A stretch of 64,000 nt of DNA, taken from the NCBI GenBank assembly GCA_965227515.1, contig CBDDFZ010000002.1, positions 608,001 to 672,000 of the forward strand, written 5' to 3'. Positions 19,963-30,707 of the stretch are shown here, piece after piece. Numbering within the stretch: position 1 is the first letter of the stretch; each line of letters starts with the position of its first letter. Under the pieces are notes generated by a model. The model was not told the DNA's origin, did no database searches, and worked only from the letters and a program-made list of their open reading frames with translations. The position numbers and the translations under genes were made by a program. This stretch comes from Alphaproteobacteria bacterium. Its GTDB lineage: Bacteria > Pseudomonadota > Alphaproteobacteria > CALKHQ01.

Positions 19963-21206
19963 GCCGCCTCGATAGCGGAATTGGCGGCGGGATCGGTGGT
20001 GATCTGGATCGCGTCGATCGCGTTGGTGGCGCGTTGCATCGCCTGCTGGCGCGAGTCGCCTGTGGCAATCACGACGCCGGCCCGTGCCGGGTGGCAGTCG
20101 ACCGGATGCATGATCGCGCCCGGCCGGCACCTCACCTCCGCGAAGGCGATACCCGGCATGTCGGCAATGGCGTCGGCGCCGCGCACGGTCTGCACCACGC
20201 CCGGCGGTGGGAAGATGTAGCGCTGGGAGACGTAGCGGGTGCGCCGCACCGCGAGGTCGGCCGGGTCGACCGGCATGCCAAGCGCATGGCGCAGCACCGC
20301 GCCGATGAAGTCGACGCCGGTCGCCAGCGGGATCTCATGGGTGCAGAAATAGCCGCCGGAAAGCCGGGCCGCGAGTTCGATCACCAGCGGCTTGCCGCCC
20401 TGGACCACGATGTCGCCCTTCACGGTGCCGTTGACGACGCCCAGGCTGGCGGCGGCTCGTGCCACCACCTGGCGGATCGCCTCCTGGGTGTCCTCGCTGA
20501 CACTGCACGGCAGGTCGCCGCCGTCTTCCACGATGTGGGGGTGGTCGAGGTCGAGCCGTGAGTAGTTGCGGTCGGACAGGCCCGGCGTGTGCACCGTGCC
20601 GTCGATGACCAGGCTCTCGGTCGAGACCTGGGGGCCGGCGACGTAGCGCTCGACGATCACGCGGCCGGTCGGCGAGTGACTGCGAGACAGCCGATAGGCC
20701 CATGCCGGGTCATGGCTGCCGGTCAGCCGCAGCACGCCGCGCGCCCCCCGCGAGTCGGCGGGCTTCAGCACCAGCGGATAACCTTGGGAGGCGATGACCT
20801 TGCGCAGCTCGTCGGCGGAGCCGACCTCCTTGAACCAGGGTTGCGGCACCCGGTCCTGCGCGAACTTGCGTTTCATCGCCAGCTTGTCCACGGCGCGCTG
20901 GCCGACCTCGGGCGTGATGCCGGGCAGGCCGAGGGCGGCGTTCACTGCCGCAACGCTATGCGGGCAGTCGGTGGCGACCGCCAGGGCGGCGTCGATACGG
21001 CAGACATCGCGGTGGAACGGCGCCACGGCGGCGACCGTCTCGTCCGGATGGTAGGCGCTGGCAATCAGCGCATGGTCGGCGATCTGGCAGCCCAGCGCCT
21101 GCGGGTCGCGGTCGCTGACCACGACCCGGCAGCCCATGGCCTGGGCCCGGCGAATGGCGGGCACGGTCTCCAGACCGCCGCCAACGAAAAGCACGGTCGG
21201 GGTCAA
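19959..21206 (-). CDS. ATP-grasp domain protein
   Basis: TTGA overlap start; DKLAMK, YPLVLKPADSRGARGV, IVERYV, VKGDI and IELAARLSGG. Confidence 0.88.
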   Translation of the reverse strand: MTPTVLFVGGGLETVPAIRRAQAMGCRVVVSDRDPQALGCQIADHALIASAYHPDETVAAVAPFHRDVCRIDAALAVATDCPHSVAAVNAALGLPGITPEVGQRAVDKLAMKRKFAQDRVPQPWFKEVGSADELRKVIASQGYPLVLKPADSRGARGVLRLTGSHDPAWAYRLSRSHSPTGRVIVERYVAGPQVSTESLVIDGTVHTPGLSDRNYSRLDLDHPHIVEDGGDLPCSVSEDTQEAIRQVVARAAASLGVVNGTVKGDIVVQGGKPLVIELAARLSGGYFCTHEIPLATGVDFIGAVLRHALGMPVDPADLAVRRTRYVSQRYIFPPPGVVQTVRGADAIADMPGIAFAEVRCRPGAIMHPVDCHPARAGVVIATGDSRQQAMQRATNAIDAIQITTDPAANSAIEAA

Positions 21207-21982
21207 AAGTAGAGACCTCCATTCACGTTGATGGTCTGGGCGGTAACGTACCCGGACGCGTCGGACGCCAGCCAGACGGCGGCGGCGGCGACCTCGTCCG
21301 GCGTGCCCATGCGGCGGAGCGGAATGGTGTCCGCAGCTTTCTGGACCGCGGCATTGGCCATGCCGGCCTCCGCCATGTCGGACTGGATCAGGCCGGCGGC
21401 GACAGTGTTGCAGCGGATGCCGTCGGCGGCACCGGTGCGCGCGATGACTTGCGCCAGCGAGATCAGGCCGGCCTTGGAGGCGGCGTAGTGCGCCGTGCGC
21501 GGGCCGCCATACTGGCCGCTGACGGACCCGATCATCACGATCGAGCCACCGCCGGCCGTGGCCATGCCGGGCATCGCCTCCTGGGTGACCACGAACGGGC
21601 CGCGCAGGTTGACCTCCATGATCTCGCGCCAATCGTCGTCGGTGACATCGGCGAAGTCGGTCGGCTTGTTGATGCCGGCATTGTTGACCAGGATCGTCGG
21701 CGTGCCGAAGGCTTCCCGGGCCTCGGCCAGCGAGGCGCGCACCGCCTCGCGGTCGCGCACGTCGGCGGCCCAGGCTTGCGCCCGCCCGCCCATCGCCGCG
21801 ATGTCGGCGACAGTGGACTCGGCAGCGTCGTCGTCGTCCAGATAGGTGACCGCGATGTCCGCGCCGGCCGCGGCCATCGCCAGCGCAATCGCGCGCCCGA
21901 TGCCTCGGCTGCCGCCGGTGACCATGGCCACCTTGCCGGCAAGGGGGGCAGCGCGCGGGCGCCCGGCGCCTTCGCTGGTCAT
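21203..21982 (-). CDS. short-chain dehydrogenase/reductase (FabG-like)
   Basis: TGGSRGIG, LVNNAGI, YAASK and INVNGG. Confidence 0.93.
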   Translation of the reverse strand: MTSEGAGRPRAAPLAGKVAMVTGGSRGIGRAIALAMAAAGADIAVTYLDDDDAAESTVADIAAMGGRAQAWAADVRDREAVRASLAEAREAFGTPTILVNNAGINKPTDFADVTDDDWREIMEVNLRGPFVVTQEAMPGMATAGGGSIVMIGSVSGQYGGPRTAHYAASKAGLISLAQVIARTGAADGIRCNTVAAGLIQSDMAEAGMANAAVQKAADTIPLRRMGTPDEVAAAAVWLASDASGYVTAQTINVNGGLYF

Positions 21983-22959
21983 GCGGAGGCCCGCCGCGCC
22001 ATGGCGCGCTTCGCGGCGCCAGCGATATGCGTGCCGACCAGGCCGTAGCGTTCGGCCAGTTCCTCCGGCTCGCCGGACTCGCCGAAGCGGTCCGCCACGC
22101 CGACGAACTCGATTGGCACCGGCGCGGTCTGGGCCAGCGCCTCGGCCACCGCGCCGCCAAGCCCGCCATAGATCGAATGGTCTTCCGCGGTCACGATGCA
22201 GCCGGTCTCGGCCGCGCAGCGCGCCAGCAGATCGGTGTCGATCGGCTTCAGGGTCGCCATGTTGACCACCCGCGCGGCGATGCCGTCAGCGGCCAACTGC
22301 TCGGCCGCGTCGAGCGCGCGGGCGACTTCGACGCCGCACGCAACGATGGTGACATCGCTGCCGTCGCGCACGATCTGTCCGCGCCCGATCTCGAACACGT
22401 GGTCGTCAGCGAAAACGCGTCGCGCCGGGCTGCGGCCGGTGCGCATGTAGACCGGGCCGTCGTGGGCCAGCATGGCGGCGGTCGCCTGTGCCATCTCCAG
22501 CGGGTCGGCGGGCGACAGGACCGTAATGTGGGGCAGCGCGCGATAGGCTGCCAAATCCTCAAGGCATTGCGCCGAGCCGCCGTCGGGGCCGGTGTCGAGC
22601 CCGGGATGGCTGGCGACGATCTTGACGTTGCGCCGGTCGTAGCAGATCGACAGCCGCGCCTGTTCCACCGCGCGCAGGCAGAAGACCGCGAACGTGGTCA
22701 CCACCGGCAACAGGCCGACGGAGGCCATGCCACCGGCGGCCGCCATCATGTTCTGCTCGGCGATGCCGAACTGGTAGAAGCGGTCGGGACAGGCGGTGCG
22801 GAAGTGGTGTGCGCCGGTACCGCCGGCGATGTCGGCATCCAGCACCACGACGCGCGGGTCGCGCTGCGCGTGCTCGACCAGCGCCTTGCCGAATGCCTCG
22901 CGCAGGCTGTCGCCGGACGAACCGATCTGTTCCGGTGCCGTCATCACGTTCACGTCCAA
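21979..22959 (-). CDS. transketolase C-terminal subunit
   Basis: GIAEQNM, GPDGGSAQ, GPVYMR and EDHSIYGGLGGAVAE; exact start uncertain. Confidence 0.92.
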   Translation of the reverse strand: MDVNVMTAPEQIGSSGDSLREAFGKALVEHAQRDPRVVVLDADIAGGTGAHHFRTACPDRFYQFGIAEQNMMAAAGGMASVGLLPVVTTFAVFCLRAVEQARLSICYDRRNVKIVASHPGLDTGPDGGSAQCLEDLAAYRALPHITVLSPADPLEMAQATAAMLAHDGPVYMRTGRSPARRVFADDHVFEIGRGQIVRDGSDVTIVACGVEVARALDAAEQLAADGIAARVVNMATLKPIDTDLLARCAAETGCIVTAEDHSIYGGLGGAVAEALAQTAPVPIEFVGVADRFGESGEPEELAERYGLVGTHIAGAAKRAMARRASA

Positions 22960-22998
22960 GTGCCCCCCTGTGCTTCCCGTTTCAGTTCCGTGCCGCCG

Positions 22999-23865
22999 TC
23001 AAGGCTGAAGCGCGCCATCGATATCGCGCTCGTCCGCGCCCAGCTCGGTCAGCGCGGAGGACAGTTCCTCGTCGCGAATGCGCACGCTGCCGTGCCACGA
23101 CGGGTCGCCGGCCATGAACGAGACCCCATGGCCCTTCACGGTGTCGGCAATGATCACGCTGGGCCGGTCCTGCACATCCTGCGCCGCCTGGAACGCGGCG
23201 AGGATGGCGGCGATGTCGTGCCCGTCGATGGTCTGGACGTGCCAGTTGAAGGCGGCCCATTTGTCCGCCAGCGGCGCCAGACCCATGATGTTCTCGTTCA
23301 GGTCGTCGCTTTGCAGCTTGTTGTAGTCGACGATGGCGCACAGGTTGGCGAGCTTGTAGTGAGCGGCGCACATCGCGCCCTCCCAGACCTCGCCCTCCTG
23401 CAACTCGCCGTCGCCGAGCATGACGTAGACCTGGGACGGCGACTTGCGGTGCTTGAGCCCCAGGGCCATGCCCACGGCCTGCGAGAAGCCTTGGCCCAGC
23501 GACCCCGTGCTGGCATCCACCCACGGCGCAAACTCCACGTGCGGATGGCCCTGCAGGGGGCTGCCCAGGCGGCGAAACGTCTTCAGCATGTCGCGCGGGA
23601 TCAAGCCGATCTCGGCGGCCACGGCATAGAGCGCCGGGCAGGAGTGGCCCTTGGAGAGCACGAACCGGTCGCGGTCGGGGTGGTCGCGCGCGCCGCGCAG
23701 CACGTTGTGGAACAGAACGGTGAGCACGTCGGCCGCCGACAGCGACCCGCCGGGATGGCCCGAGCCGGCATGATAGATCGCGGTCAGCGCGCCGCGCCGG
23801 ACCCAGGAGGCTCGCTCAGCCAACGCGGCAGGCGGCAAATCGGCATGGGGAGGCTGCAGCACCAT
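22999..23865 (-). CDS. transketolase N-terminal (TPP-binding) subunit
   Basis: SGHPGGSLS, DRFVLSKGH, LQGHP, STGSLGQG, GDGELQEG and TVKGHG. Confidence 0.94.
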   Translation of the reverse strand: MVLQPPHADLPPAALAERASWVRRGALTAIYHAGSGHPGGSLSAADVLTVLFHNVLRGARDHPDRDRFVLSKGHSCPALYAVAAEIGLIPRDMLKTFRRLGSPLQGHPHVEFAPWVDASTGSLGQGFSQAVGMALGLKHRKSPSQVYVMLGDGELQEGEVWEGAMCAAHYKLANLCAIVDYNKLQSDDLNENIMGLAPLADKWAAFNWHVQTIDGHDIAAILAAFQAAQDVQDRPSVIIADTVKGHGVSFMAGDPSWHGSVRIRDEELSSALTELGADERDIDGALQP

Positions 23866-23932
23866 CGCGCCCCTTGTGGTTAAGCATTGATAGCCGGCAT
23901 TCCGGGATAGTCCAACCCTGGGCCGGATTTGC

Positions 23933-23947
23933 TTAAGGGCGGGTTAA
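23933..23947 (-). promoter_or_regulatory. CtrA binding box TTAA-N7-TTAA
   Basis: TTAAGGGCGGGTTAA about 68 bp upstream of the transketolase start, plus a TTAACCA half-site at 23877-23883. Confidence 0.65.
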
Positions 23948-24011
23948 GGCCAGCGGTGCGCCGCCGGTTTGGAGGACATTGTGGCCACCCGTCGACGGCA
24001 GCGGCGGCGGC

Positions 24012-25778
24012 TCAGCCGGTGTGCAGCCAGATGGTGAAGCGGGCGCCGAGCACCTTGCCGCCGTCGCCGATGCGGTTTTCGGCGGTCACGGTGCCGCCCT
24101 GGGACTCGACGATCTGCTTGGAGATGTTCAGGCCAAGGCCGGAATTGTTGCCGAAGCCCTCGGCCTCGGGGCGTTCCGAGTAGAAGCGCTCAAAGATCTT
24201 CAACTCCTTGCCCGGCGGGATACCGGGGCCCTCGTCGTCGATCCGCACGCGCACCATTTCGTCCACCGGCTGGGCGGAGACCTGGATGGTGGCGTCCACC
24301 GGATTGAAGCTGATGGCATTGGAGATGATGTTCTGGAACACCTGCATCAGCCGCGACTCGATGCCGGGCACCCGCAGGCGCTTGGCTTCGCCCAGCGTCA
24401 GCTTGAAGTGCATCGGGCGGTCGGAGTCCGAGCCGTGCATGGAGGAGTAGATCTCCATCAGGCTTTCCAACATGCCGCCCACGTCCACCGCGTCCTGCTG
24501 AGCGCGCGACAGCTCCGCGTCCAGCCGCGAGGCGTCGGAGATGTCGGTGATCAGCCTGTCCAGGCGCTGCACGTCCTGCTGGATGATGCCGAGCAGGCGC
24601 TGCTGCTGATTGGGGTCGGACACCCGGCACACCGTCTCGACCGCGGAGCGCATGGAGGCCAGCGGATTCTTGATCTCGTGCGCCACGTCGGCGGCGAACC
24701 GCTCGATGGCGTCGAGCCGGCTGTAGAGCGCCTGGGTCATGTCGCGCAGGCTGCCGGACAGGTCGCCGATTTCGTCGCCGCGCTCGCTGAAGTCGGGGAT
24801 GTGCACGTCGCGGCCCTGGCCATAGCGCACGCGCTCGGCGGCATCGGCCAGGCGGCGCACGGGGCGCGCGATGGTGCCGGCCAGATAGAACGACAGCATG
24901 ATGGTGAGGCCGATGGCGATGGCGAAGATTTGCAGGACGTCCACCCGCACGTCGCGCAGGGCCGCCTCGATGTCGCGGCCCTCGCGGGTCAGCATCAGCA
25001 CGCCCACGATCGTTTGCAGCGACGTTTCCACCGGCACGGCGACGCTGAGCACCAGGGAGCCGTCCTCGCGCACCCGCGCGCGGGTCTGGGTGCCCAGCTC
25101 ATAGGCGTCCATCACCTCGTCATAGTCGACGGCAAGCTGGATCGGCGATTCGACGTAGAGCTCCAGGTCCTGGTCGTACGGGAACAGGTCGAAGATCGTG
25201 TCGTACATGCTGCTCAGAACCTCCGCCATGAAGTCGCCTTCTGACAGTGGCGGCAGTACCTTGATCGACACGTGGGCGCCGACCGCGCCGACCACCTGCA
25301 GGGTGTCGACGACCAGTTGACGCTCCATGGAGAACAGCCGCGCGCGCAGGTCGGGCGGACCGAAGTTCGAGCTGGCGGGGGCAGCGGCAAGGCGGCGTCC
25401 GATCCGGGCCGCGATGCCCTCGTCCAGCACCTGCTCGCCGGCCTCGTTGAACACGACGGCGGACTCGGCCAGCGCGCTGGCGAAGATCTCGCCTTCGCTG
25501 ACCAGTGAATCGAGCTCGTTCTGGAACAGGTTGTCCCGGTACTCGCCCATGTAGAGGATGGCGCCGACCAGCATGCCGAGCGGGATCAGGTTCAGCACCA
25601 GGATGCGGCGGGTCAGCGGCGACAGCCAGCGCCGCCGCCGCGCGTCCGCCTTTCGCTTGCCGGCGCCCCTGGCCTTCCGGTCGCCCTCGCGCGCGGCCCG
25701 CACGCGACCGCCGTCCTTGCGCTCACGGCTTTCCGCCGCGACGCCAGGGCCGTCGATGCTTTGAATATCTGTCGTCAT
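24012..25778 (-). CDS. chvG: sensor histidine kinase ChvG/ExoS
   Basis: SPLTRRILVLN, HAMP (RGDEIGDLS), FAADVAHEIKNPL, ISDASRLDAELSR, IFERFYSERP and NSGLGLNIS; follows chvI. Confidence 0.93.
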   Translation of the reverse strand: MTTDIQSIDGPGVAAESRERKDGGRVRAAREGDRKARGAGKRKADARRRRWLSPLTRRILVLNLIPLGMLVGAILYMGEYRDNLFQNELDSLVSEGEIFASALAESAVVFNEAGEQVLDEGIAARIGRRLAAAPASSNFGPPDLRARLFSMERQLVVDTLQVVGAVGAHVSIKVLPPLSEGDFMAEVLSSMYDTIFDLFPYDQDLELYVESPIQLAVDYDEVMDAYELGTQTRARVREDGSLVLSVAVPVETSLQTIVGVLMLTREGRDIEAALRDVRVDVLQIFAIAIGLTIMLSFYLAGTIARPVRRLADAAERVRYGQGRDVHIPDFSERGDEIGDLSGSLRDMTQALYSRLDAIERFAADVAHEIKNPLASMRSAVETVCRVSDPNQQQRLLGIIQQDVQRLDRLITDISDASRLDAELSRAQQDAVDVGGMLESLMEIYSSMHGSDSDRPMHFKLTLGEAKRLRVPGIESRLMQVFQNIISNAISFNPVDATIQVSAQPVDEMVRVRIDDEGPGIPPGKELKIFERFYSERPEAEGFGNNSGLGLNISKQIVESQGGTVTAENRIGDGGKVLGARFTIWLHTG

Positions 25779-25860
25779 CCGCCGTTACTCGCCGGCAGTG
25801 TCGTGGCCTCGGCCGTTCAGCCCGGCGTTGAGCCTGCGCCGCGTCACCGGCGCGCGCGCA

Positions 25861-26556
25861 TCACGCTTCCTTGTAGCGGTACCCGATGCCATACAGGGTC
25901 TCGATCTGGCTGAATTCCTTGTCCTGCTCGCGGAACTTCTTGCGCAGGCGCTTCACGTGGCTGTCGATGGTGCGGTCGTCGACATAGATGCTCTCGCCAT
26001 AGGCCGCGTCCATCAACTGGTTGCGGTTCTTCACGTGGCCCGGCCGGTGCGCCAGCGCCTGCAGCAGCAGGAACTCGGTCACGGTCAGGTTCAGCGCCTC
26101 GCCCTTCCAGGTGCACATATGGCGGTCCGGGTCCATCACCAGGTCGCCGCGCACGATCATCGACTTCGACGATGTCTCCGGCGTGTCGACCAGTTCGCGC
26201 CGCCGCAGCAGGGTGCGGATGCGCTCGATCAGCAGGCGCTGCGAGAACGGCTTGGTGATGTAGTCGTCCGCGCCCATGCGCAGGCCCAACAACTCGTCGA
26301 CCTCATCGTCCTTGGAGGTCAGGAAGATCACCGGCAACTGGCTGACCTTGCGCAAGCGCGTCAGCAACTCCATGCCGTCCATACGCGGCATCTTGATGTC
26401 CAGCACCGCAAGATCGGCCGGCTTGCCGGTCAGCTCCCTGAGCGCCTCCTCGCCGTCGCTGTAGGTGCGCACATCGAAGCCTTCCGCTTCCAGCGCGATC
26501 GACACCGACGTCAAGATGTTGCGATCGTCGTCCACCAATGCAATTGACTGTGGCAC
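25861..26556 (-). CDS. chvI: response regulator ChvI
   Basis: [60 protein letters not shown] and [16 protein letters not shown]. Confidence 0.96.
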   Translation of the reverse strand: MPQSIALVDDDRNILTSVSIALEAEGFDVRTYSDGEEALRELTGKPADLAVLDIKMPRMDGMELLTRLRKVSQLPVIFLTSKDDEVDELLGLRMGADDYITKPFSQRLLIERIRTLLRRRELVDTPETSSKSMIVRGDLVMDPDRHMCTWKGEALNLTVTEFLLLQALAHRPGHVKNRNQLMDAAYGESIYVDDRTIDSHVKRLRKKFREQDKEFSQIETLYGIGYRYKEA

Positions 26557-26755
26557 GGACCCAAGCCTCCTTGTTCACATTGTCCCGCGGATCCAGGCGC
26601 GACCGATTCGACCGCCTTCGGAATGAGGCGCCATACTGCCATAAATTGCGGCAATTCCGCAGTCGACCCTACGACAGATATCGCAAAACCGCCATATTTC
26701 GCGCGAACCCACGCCGAATTGCCGTTTCAGACGCTTGTGCGGCCGTAGCGCGCGC

Positions 26756-27730
26756 TTATCCGCGCTCTGCAATCCAGGCCGCGACATCCTCGATCACCGG
26801 CGCCCGGTTCAGGTCGCGCAGCAGCAGGTGGAAGCCGTCGGGGTAGTCGTTGAACTGCGGCGCGCAGGCCGGCCCGGTCTCTTCCAGGCACAGCACGATC
26901 CGCGCCTTGGCCGCATCCACCGAGGCTGAGGGCAGCACGTCCTCGTTGTCGCCATAGAGCACCAGCATCGGCACACCGATGGCCGGCAGGTCCTGGTACG
27001 CGCGGTCCATCAGCCCGACGAGGCCGAAGATGGAGTCGGTGCGCGCCTCCTTCAGCACCAGCGGGTCCTCGGCCATTTGCCGCAGCAGCTCGTAATTGTC
27101 CGACGGCGTGATGCCCAGTCCCTCGCTGGTCAGCGGCAGGAACGGCAACAGGCGAGCCATCAGTTCGGTGATCGCGGTCGCCACGCCGCCCAGGATCGGG
27201 CGTCCCCACAGTGCGGGCGCGACCAGCACCAGCCCGTCCGGCAGAGCTTTCGGGTCGGTGGCCTCGGCGGCGGCCGCCACCGCCATCGCCCCGCCCATGC
27301 TCTCGCCCATCAGGATGATCGGCACGCCGGGGTGGGTCTCGCGCGCCAGGGCGACCGCGCGCTGGGCGTCGGCGATCATGGCATCGGTGCCGCCCCAGAC
27401 CCCGACATCGCGGGTGGCGCCGAAGCCGCGCTGGTCGTAGGCGTAGGTCAGGATGCCGTCTTCCACCCAGTCGGTGGCCGGCAGCTCGAAGGAGAAGCTG
27501 TAGTCATTGTAGCCGTGCAGGGCGATGACGACCGCGCTGGGCTCGGGCCATATGTCGGGGTCCGGCTGCCAGCGGCGCATCGGCAGCACCGAGCCGTCCG
27601 GCGTGATCAGCGCGTCCGGCAGCAGGCGCGGGGCGACGATGTCGGGGCCGATCTCCTGCACATACGGGCCGCAGCCGGCGACCAGGGCCGCCAGCGCAAG
27701 GGCGCACGCACGCACGAGGCCGGCGGTCAC
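26756..27730 (-). CDS. alpha/beta hydrolase (lysophospholipase-like) lipoprotein
   Basis: GTGA overlap start, lipobox VAGC, ALHGYNDY, YDQRGFG, GESMGG and GFHLLLRD. Confidence 0.88.
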   Translation of the reverse strand: MTAGLVRACALALAALVAGCGPYVQEIGPDIVAPRLLPDALITPDGSVLPMRRWQPDPDIWPEPSAVVIALHGYNDYSFSFELPATDWVEDGILTYAYDQRGFGATRDVGVWGGTDAMIADAQRAVALARETHPGVPIILMGESMGGAMAVAAAAEATDPKALPDGLVLVAPALWGRPILGGVATAITELMARLLPFLPLTSEGLGITPSDNYELLRQMAEDPLVLKEARTDSIFGLVGLMDRAYQDLPAIGVPMLVLYGDNEDVLPSASVDAAKARIVLCLEETGPACAPQFNDYPDGFHLLLRDLNRAPVIEDVAAWIAERG

Positions 27731-28680
27731 GCCGCGCGGGTGAGCTGCAGGAAAATGTCCTCCAGGTCGGTTTCCTCGGTGCTGATGTCGACCACCTGGA
27801 TGTCGGCGGCGCGCACCGCTTCCAGGATGTCGCTGACCCGGTCGCGGCTGGGTTGATAGCGGATGCACAGTTCTCGGCTGTTCGACAATTGAGCGTTCAG
27901 GTGGGCCAAAGGCTCGGGAATCGTGTCCAAATCACGGTCGACCTGGAGAATCAGCCCCTTGGCATCCAGCCGCTTCAGCAATTGCGGCGTGCGTTCGCAG
28001 GCGATCACCTTGCCATGGTTGATGATGGCGATGGTGTCGCACAGCTCCTCGGCCTCCTCCAGATAATGGGTGGTCAGCACGATGGTGACGCCCTCGCGGT
28101 GCAGGCGGCGCACATAGTCCCAGAGCTGCTGGCGCAGCTCGATGTCGACGCCGGCGGTCGGTTCGTCCAGCACCAGCACCGGCGGGCGGTGCACCATGGC
28201 CTTGGCGACCATCAAACGGCGGCGCATGCCGCCCGACAGGGTGCGGGCGTAAGAGCTGGCCTTGTCGGCGAGCCCGACGGCGGCGAGGATTTCATCGGTG
28301 GCGCGCTCCGCTTTCGGGACGCCATAGAGCCCGGCCTGAACCTCCAGCGCCTCGCGAGGGGTGAAGAACGGGTCGATGTGCAGTTCCTGCGGCACCACGC
28401 CGATGGCGGCGCGCGCCTGGCGCGGGTCGGCATCGATGTCGATGTCCCAGATGGCCCCGGTGCCGGCGGTCTTGCGCACCAGGCCGGCGAAGATGTTGAT
28501 GAAGGTGGACTTGCCGGCGCCGTTCGGGCCCAGCAGGCCGAAGATGGAGCCGCGCGGCACGGCGAGGTCGACATTGTCCAGGGCGTGGACCGGGCCGTTG
28601 CGCTTGGTGCCTTTGTAAATCTTGGTAAGGCCGCGCGCCTCGATGGCGTGCTGGGGCAGGGATGTCGTGATGTCGTTCAT
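27727..28680 (-). CDS. ABC-2 type transporter ATP-binding protein (YadG-like)
   Basis: [26 protein letters not shown] and TTHYLEEAE. Confidence 0.93.
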   Translation of the reverse strand: MNDITTSLPQHAIEARGLTKIYKGTKRNGPVHALDNVDLAVPRGSIFGLLGPNGAGKSTFINIFAGLVRKTAGTGAIWDIDIDADPRQARAAIGVVPQELHIDPFFTPREALEVQAGLYGVPKAERATDEILAAVGLADKASSYARTLSGGMRRRLMVAKAMVHRPPVLVLDEPTAGVDIELRQQLWDYVRRLHREGVTIVLTTHYLEEAEELCDTIAIINHGKVIACERTPQLLKRLDAKGLILQVDRDLDTIPEPLAHLNAQLSNSRELCIRYQPSRDRVSDILEAVRAADIQVVDISTEETDLEDIFLQLTRAA

Positions 28681-28710
28681 GGCTGCGGTCTGTAGCTCCA
28701 ACGCCGGATG

Positions 28711-28770
28711 CGGTCAATTGGGGCGCGGTCAATTGGGGCGCGGTCAATTGGGGCCCGGTCAATTGGGGCG
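28711..28770. repeat. 15-bp tandem repeat x4 (CGGTCAATTGGGGCG)
   Basis: Four contiguous copies with a single mismatch, in the divergent ABC/lepA intergenic region. Confidence 0.92.
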
Positions 28771-28885
28771 CGCGCGAATCGGTCGGGCCTTGCGGCGGCG
28801 CGCAAGCACCCTATATTCGCCGCTCGTTTCACGCTCGAGGCGCGCCATTGCAGAGTACCCGCGCCACCACATCGCCAAAGGCTCC

Positions 28886-30688
28886 ATGACCGACCAGGCC
28901 CACATCCGCAACTTCGCGATCATCGCCCACATCGATCACGGCAAGTCGACGCTGGCCGACCGCCTGATCGAGACCTGCGGCGGCCTGCAGGCGCGCGAGA
29001 TGAAGGCCCAGGTCCTCGACTCGATGGAGCTGGAGCGCGAGCGCGGCATCACCATCAAGGCGCAGACCGTGCGCCTTTCATACACCGCCAAGGACGGCGA
29101 GACCTACGCCCTGAACCTGATGGACACGCCCGGCCACGTCGACTTCGCCTACGAGGTCAGCCGCTCGCTGGCGGCGTGCGAGGGCTCGCTGCTGGTGGTC
29201 GACGCCAGCCAGGGCGTGGAGGCGCAGACGCTGGCCAACGTCTATCAGGCCATCGACGCCGACCACGAGATCATCATCGTGCTCAACAAGGTCGACCTGC
29301 CGGCGGCCGAGCCGGAGCGGGTGAGGGCGCAGATCGAGGACGTGATCGGCCTCGACGCCAGCGACGCGGTGGAGATTTCCGCCAAGACGGGCGTCGGCAT
29401 CCCGGACCTGCTGGAAGCCATGGTCAAGCGCCTGCCGCCGCCCAAGCCGCCCGCCGGCCAAGCCCTGCGCGCGCTGCTGGTGGATAGCTGGTACGACGCC
29501 TATCTGGGCGTGGTGGCGCTGCTGCGGGTCTTCGACGGCGAGCTGTCGAAGGGCATGAAGGTGCGGATGATGTCGACCGGCGCCACCCACGACGTGGACC
29601 GCGTCGGCATGTTCCGGCCGAAGGGCGAACTGGTCGGCAAATTGGAGCCAGGCGAGATCGGCTTCATCACCGCCTCCATCAAGTCGGTGGCCGACTGCAA
29701 GGTCGGCGACACCATCACGCTGGACAGGGCGCCGGCGGAAAAGCCGCTGGCCGGCTTCAAGCCCTCCGTCCCGGTGGTGTTCTGCGGGCTATTCCCGGTC
29801 GACAGCGCCGACTTCGAGGATTTGCGCGAAAGCCTGGGCAAGCTGGCGCTGAACGACGCCAGCTTCCAGTTCGAACCGGAGACGTCGGCCGCGCTCGGCT
29901 TTGGTTTCCGCTGCGGCTTCCTGGGGCTGCTGCACCTGGAGATCATCCAGGAGCGGCTGGAGCGCGAATTCGACCTGGACCTGATCACCACCGCACCCAG
30001 CGTCGTCTATCGCATCCGCATGACCGACGGCAGCATGCTCGAGATGCACAATCCGGCGGACTTCCCCGACCCGGTGAAGATCGACTCGATCGCGGAGCCC
30101 TGGATCAAGGCGACCATCCTGGTGCCCGACGAGCATCTGGGCGCGGTGCTGGCGCTGTGCACAGAACGGCGCGGCGAGCAGCTCGAGCTGACCTATGTCG
30201 GCAGCCGGGCGATGGCGGTCTACCTGCTGCCGCTGAACGAGGTGGTGTTCGACTTCTATGACCGGTTGAAGTCGGTCAGCCGGGGCTATGCCAGCTTCGA
30301 TTACGAGCTGGTGGACTATCGCGAGGGCGACCTGGTCAAGGTGTCGATCCTGGTCAACCAGGAGCCGGTGGACGCCCTGGCGATCATGGTGCATCGCTCC
30401 GAGGCGGAACGGCGGGGCCGGGCGCTGTGCATGCGCCTGAAGGACCTGATTCCACGCCAGTTGTTCAAGATCGCGATCCAGGCGGCGATCGGCGGCCGGG
30501 TGGTTGCGCGGGAGACGGTGAGTGCGCTGCGCAAGGACGTGACCGCCAAGTGCTACGGCGGCGACGTCACCCGCAAGCGCAAGCTGCTGGAGAAGCAGAA
30601 GGCGGGCAAGAAGCGGATGCGCCAGTTCGGCAATGTGGAGATCCCGCAGTCCGCGTTCATCGCCGCGTTGCGCATGGGCGACGACTGA
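28886..30688 (+). CDS. lepA: translation elongation factor 4 (LepA)
   Basis: [39 protein letters not shown] and [18 protein letters not shown]; 600 aa. Confidence 0.98.
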   Translation: MTDQAHIRNFAIIAHIDHGKSTLADRLIETCGGLQAREMKAQVLDSMELERERGITIKAQTVRLSYTAKDGETYALNLMDTPGHVDFAYEVSRSLAACEGSLLVVDASQGVEAQTLANVYQAIDADHEIIIVLNKVDLPAAEPERVRAQIEDVIGLDASDAVEISAKTGVGIPDLLEAMVKRLPPPKPPAGQALRALLVDSWYDAYLGVVALLRVFDGELSKGMKVRMMSTGATHDVDRVGMFRPKGELVGKLEPGEIGFITASIKSVADCKVGDTITLDRAPAEKPLAGFKPSVPVVFCGLFPVDSADFEDLRESLGKLALNDASFQFEPETSAALGFGFRCGFLGLLHLEIIQERLEREFDLDLITTAPSVVYRIRMTDGSMLEMHNPADFPDPVKIDSIAEPWIKATILVPDEHLGAVLALCTERRGEQLELTYVGSRAMAVYLLPLNEVVFDFYDRLKSVSRGYASFDYELVDYREGDLVKVSILVNQEPVDALAIMVHRSEAERRGRALCMRLKDLIPRQLFKIAIQAAIGGRVVARETVSALRKDVTAKCYGGDVTRKRKLLEKQKAGKKRMRQFGNVEIPQSAFIAALRMGDD

Positions 30689-30707
30689 GGGCCAACGGCA
30701 TTAATCA

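Noticed and set aside
19959-22169. 736 aa ORF as a single long protein
   Set aside because: The upstream part is an off-frame read through the SDR gene; the real ATP-grasp gene starts at the TTG at 21206.
28711-28770. Short repeat arrays as CRISPR (also 36963-37018)
   Set aside because: Units are contiguous with no spacers, too short, and there are no cas genes.
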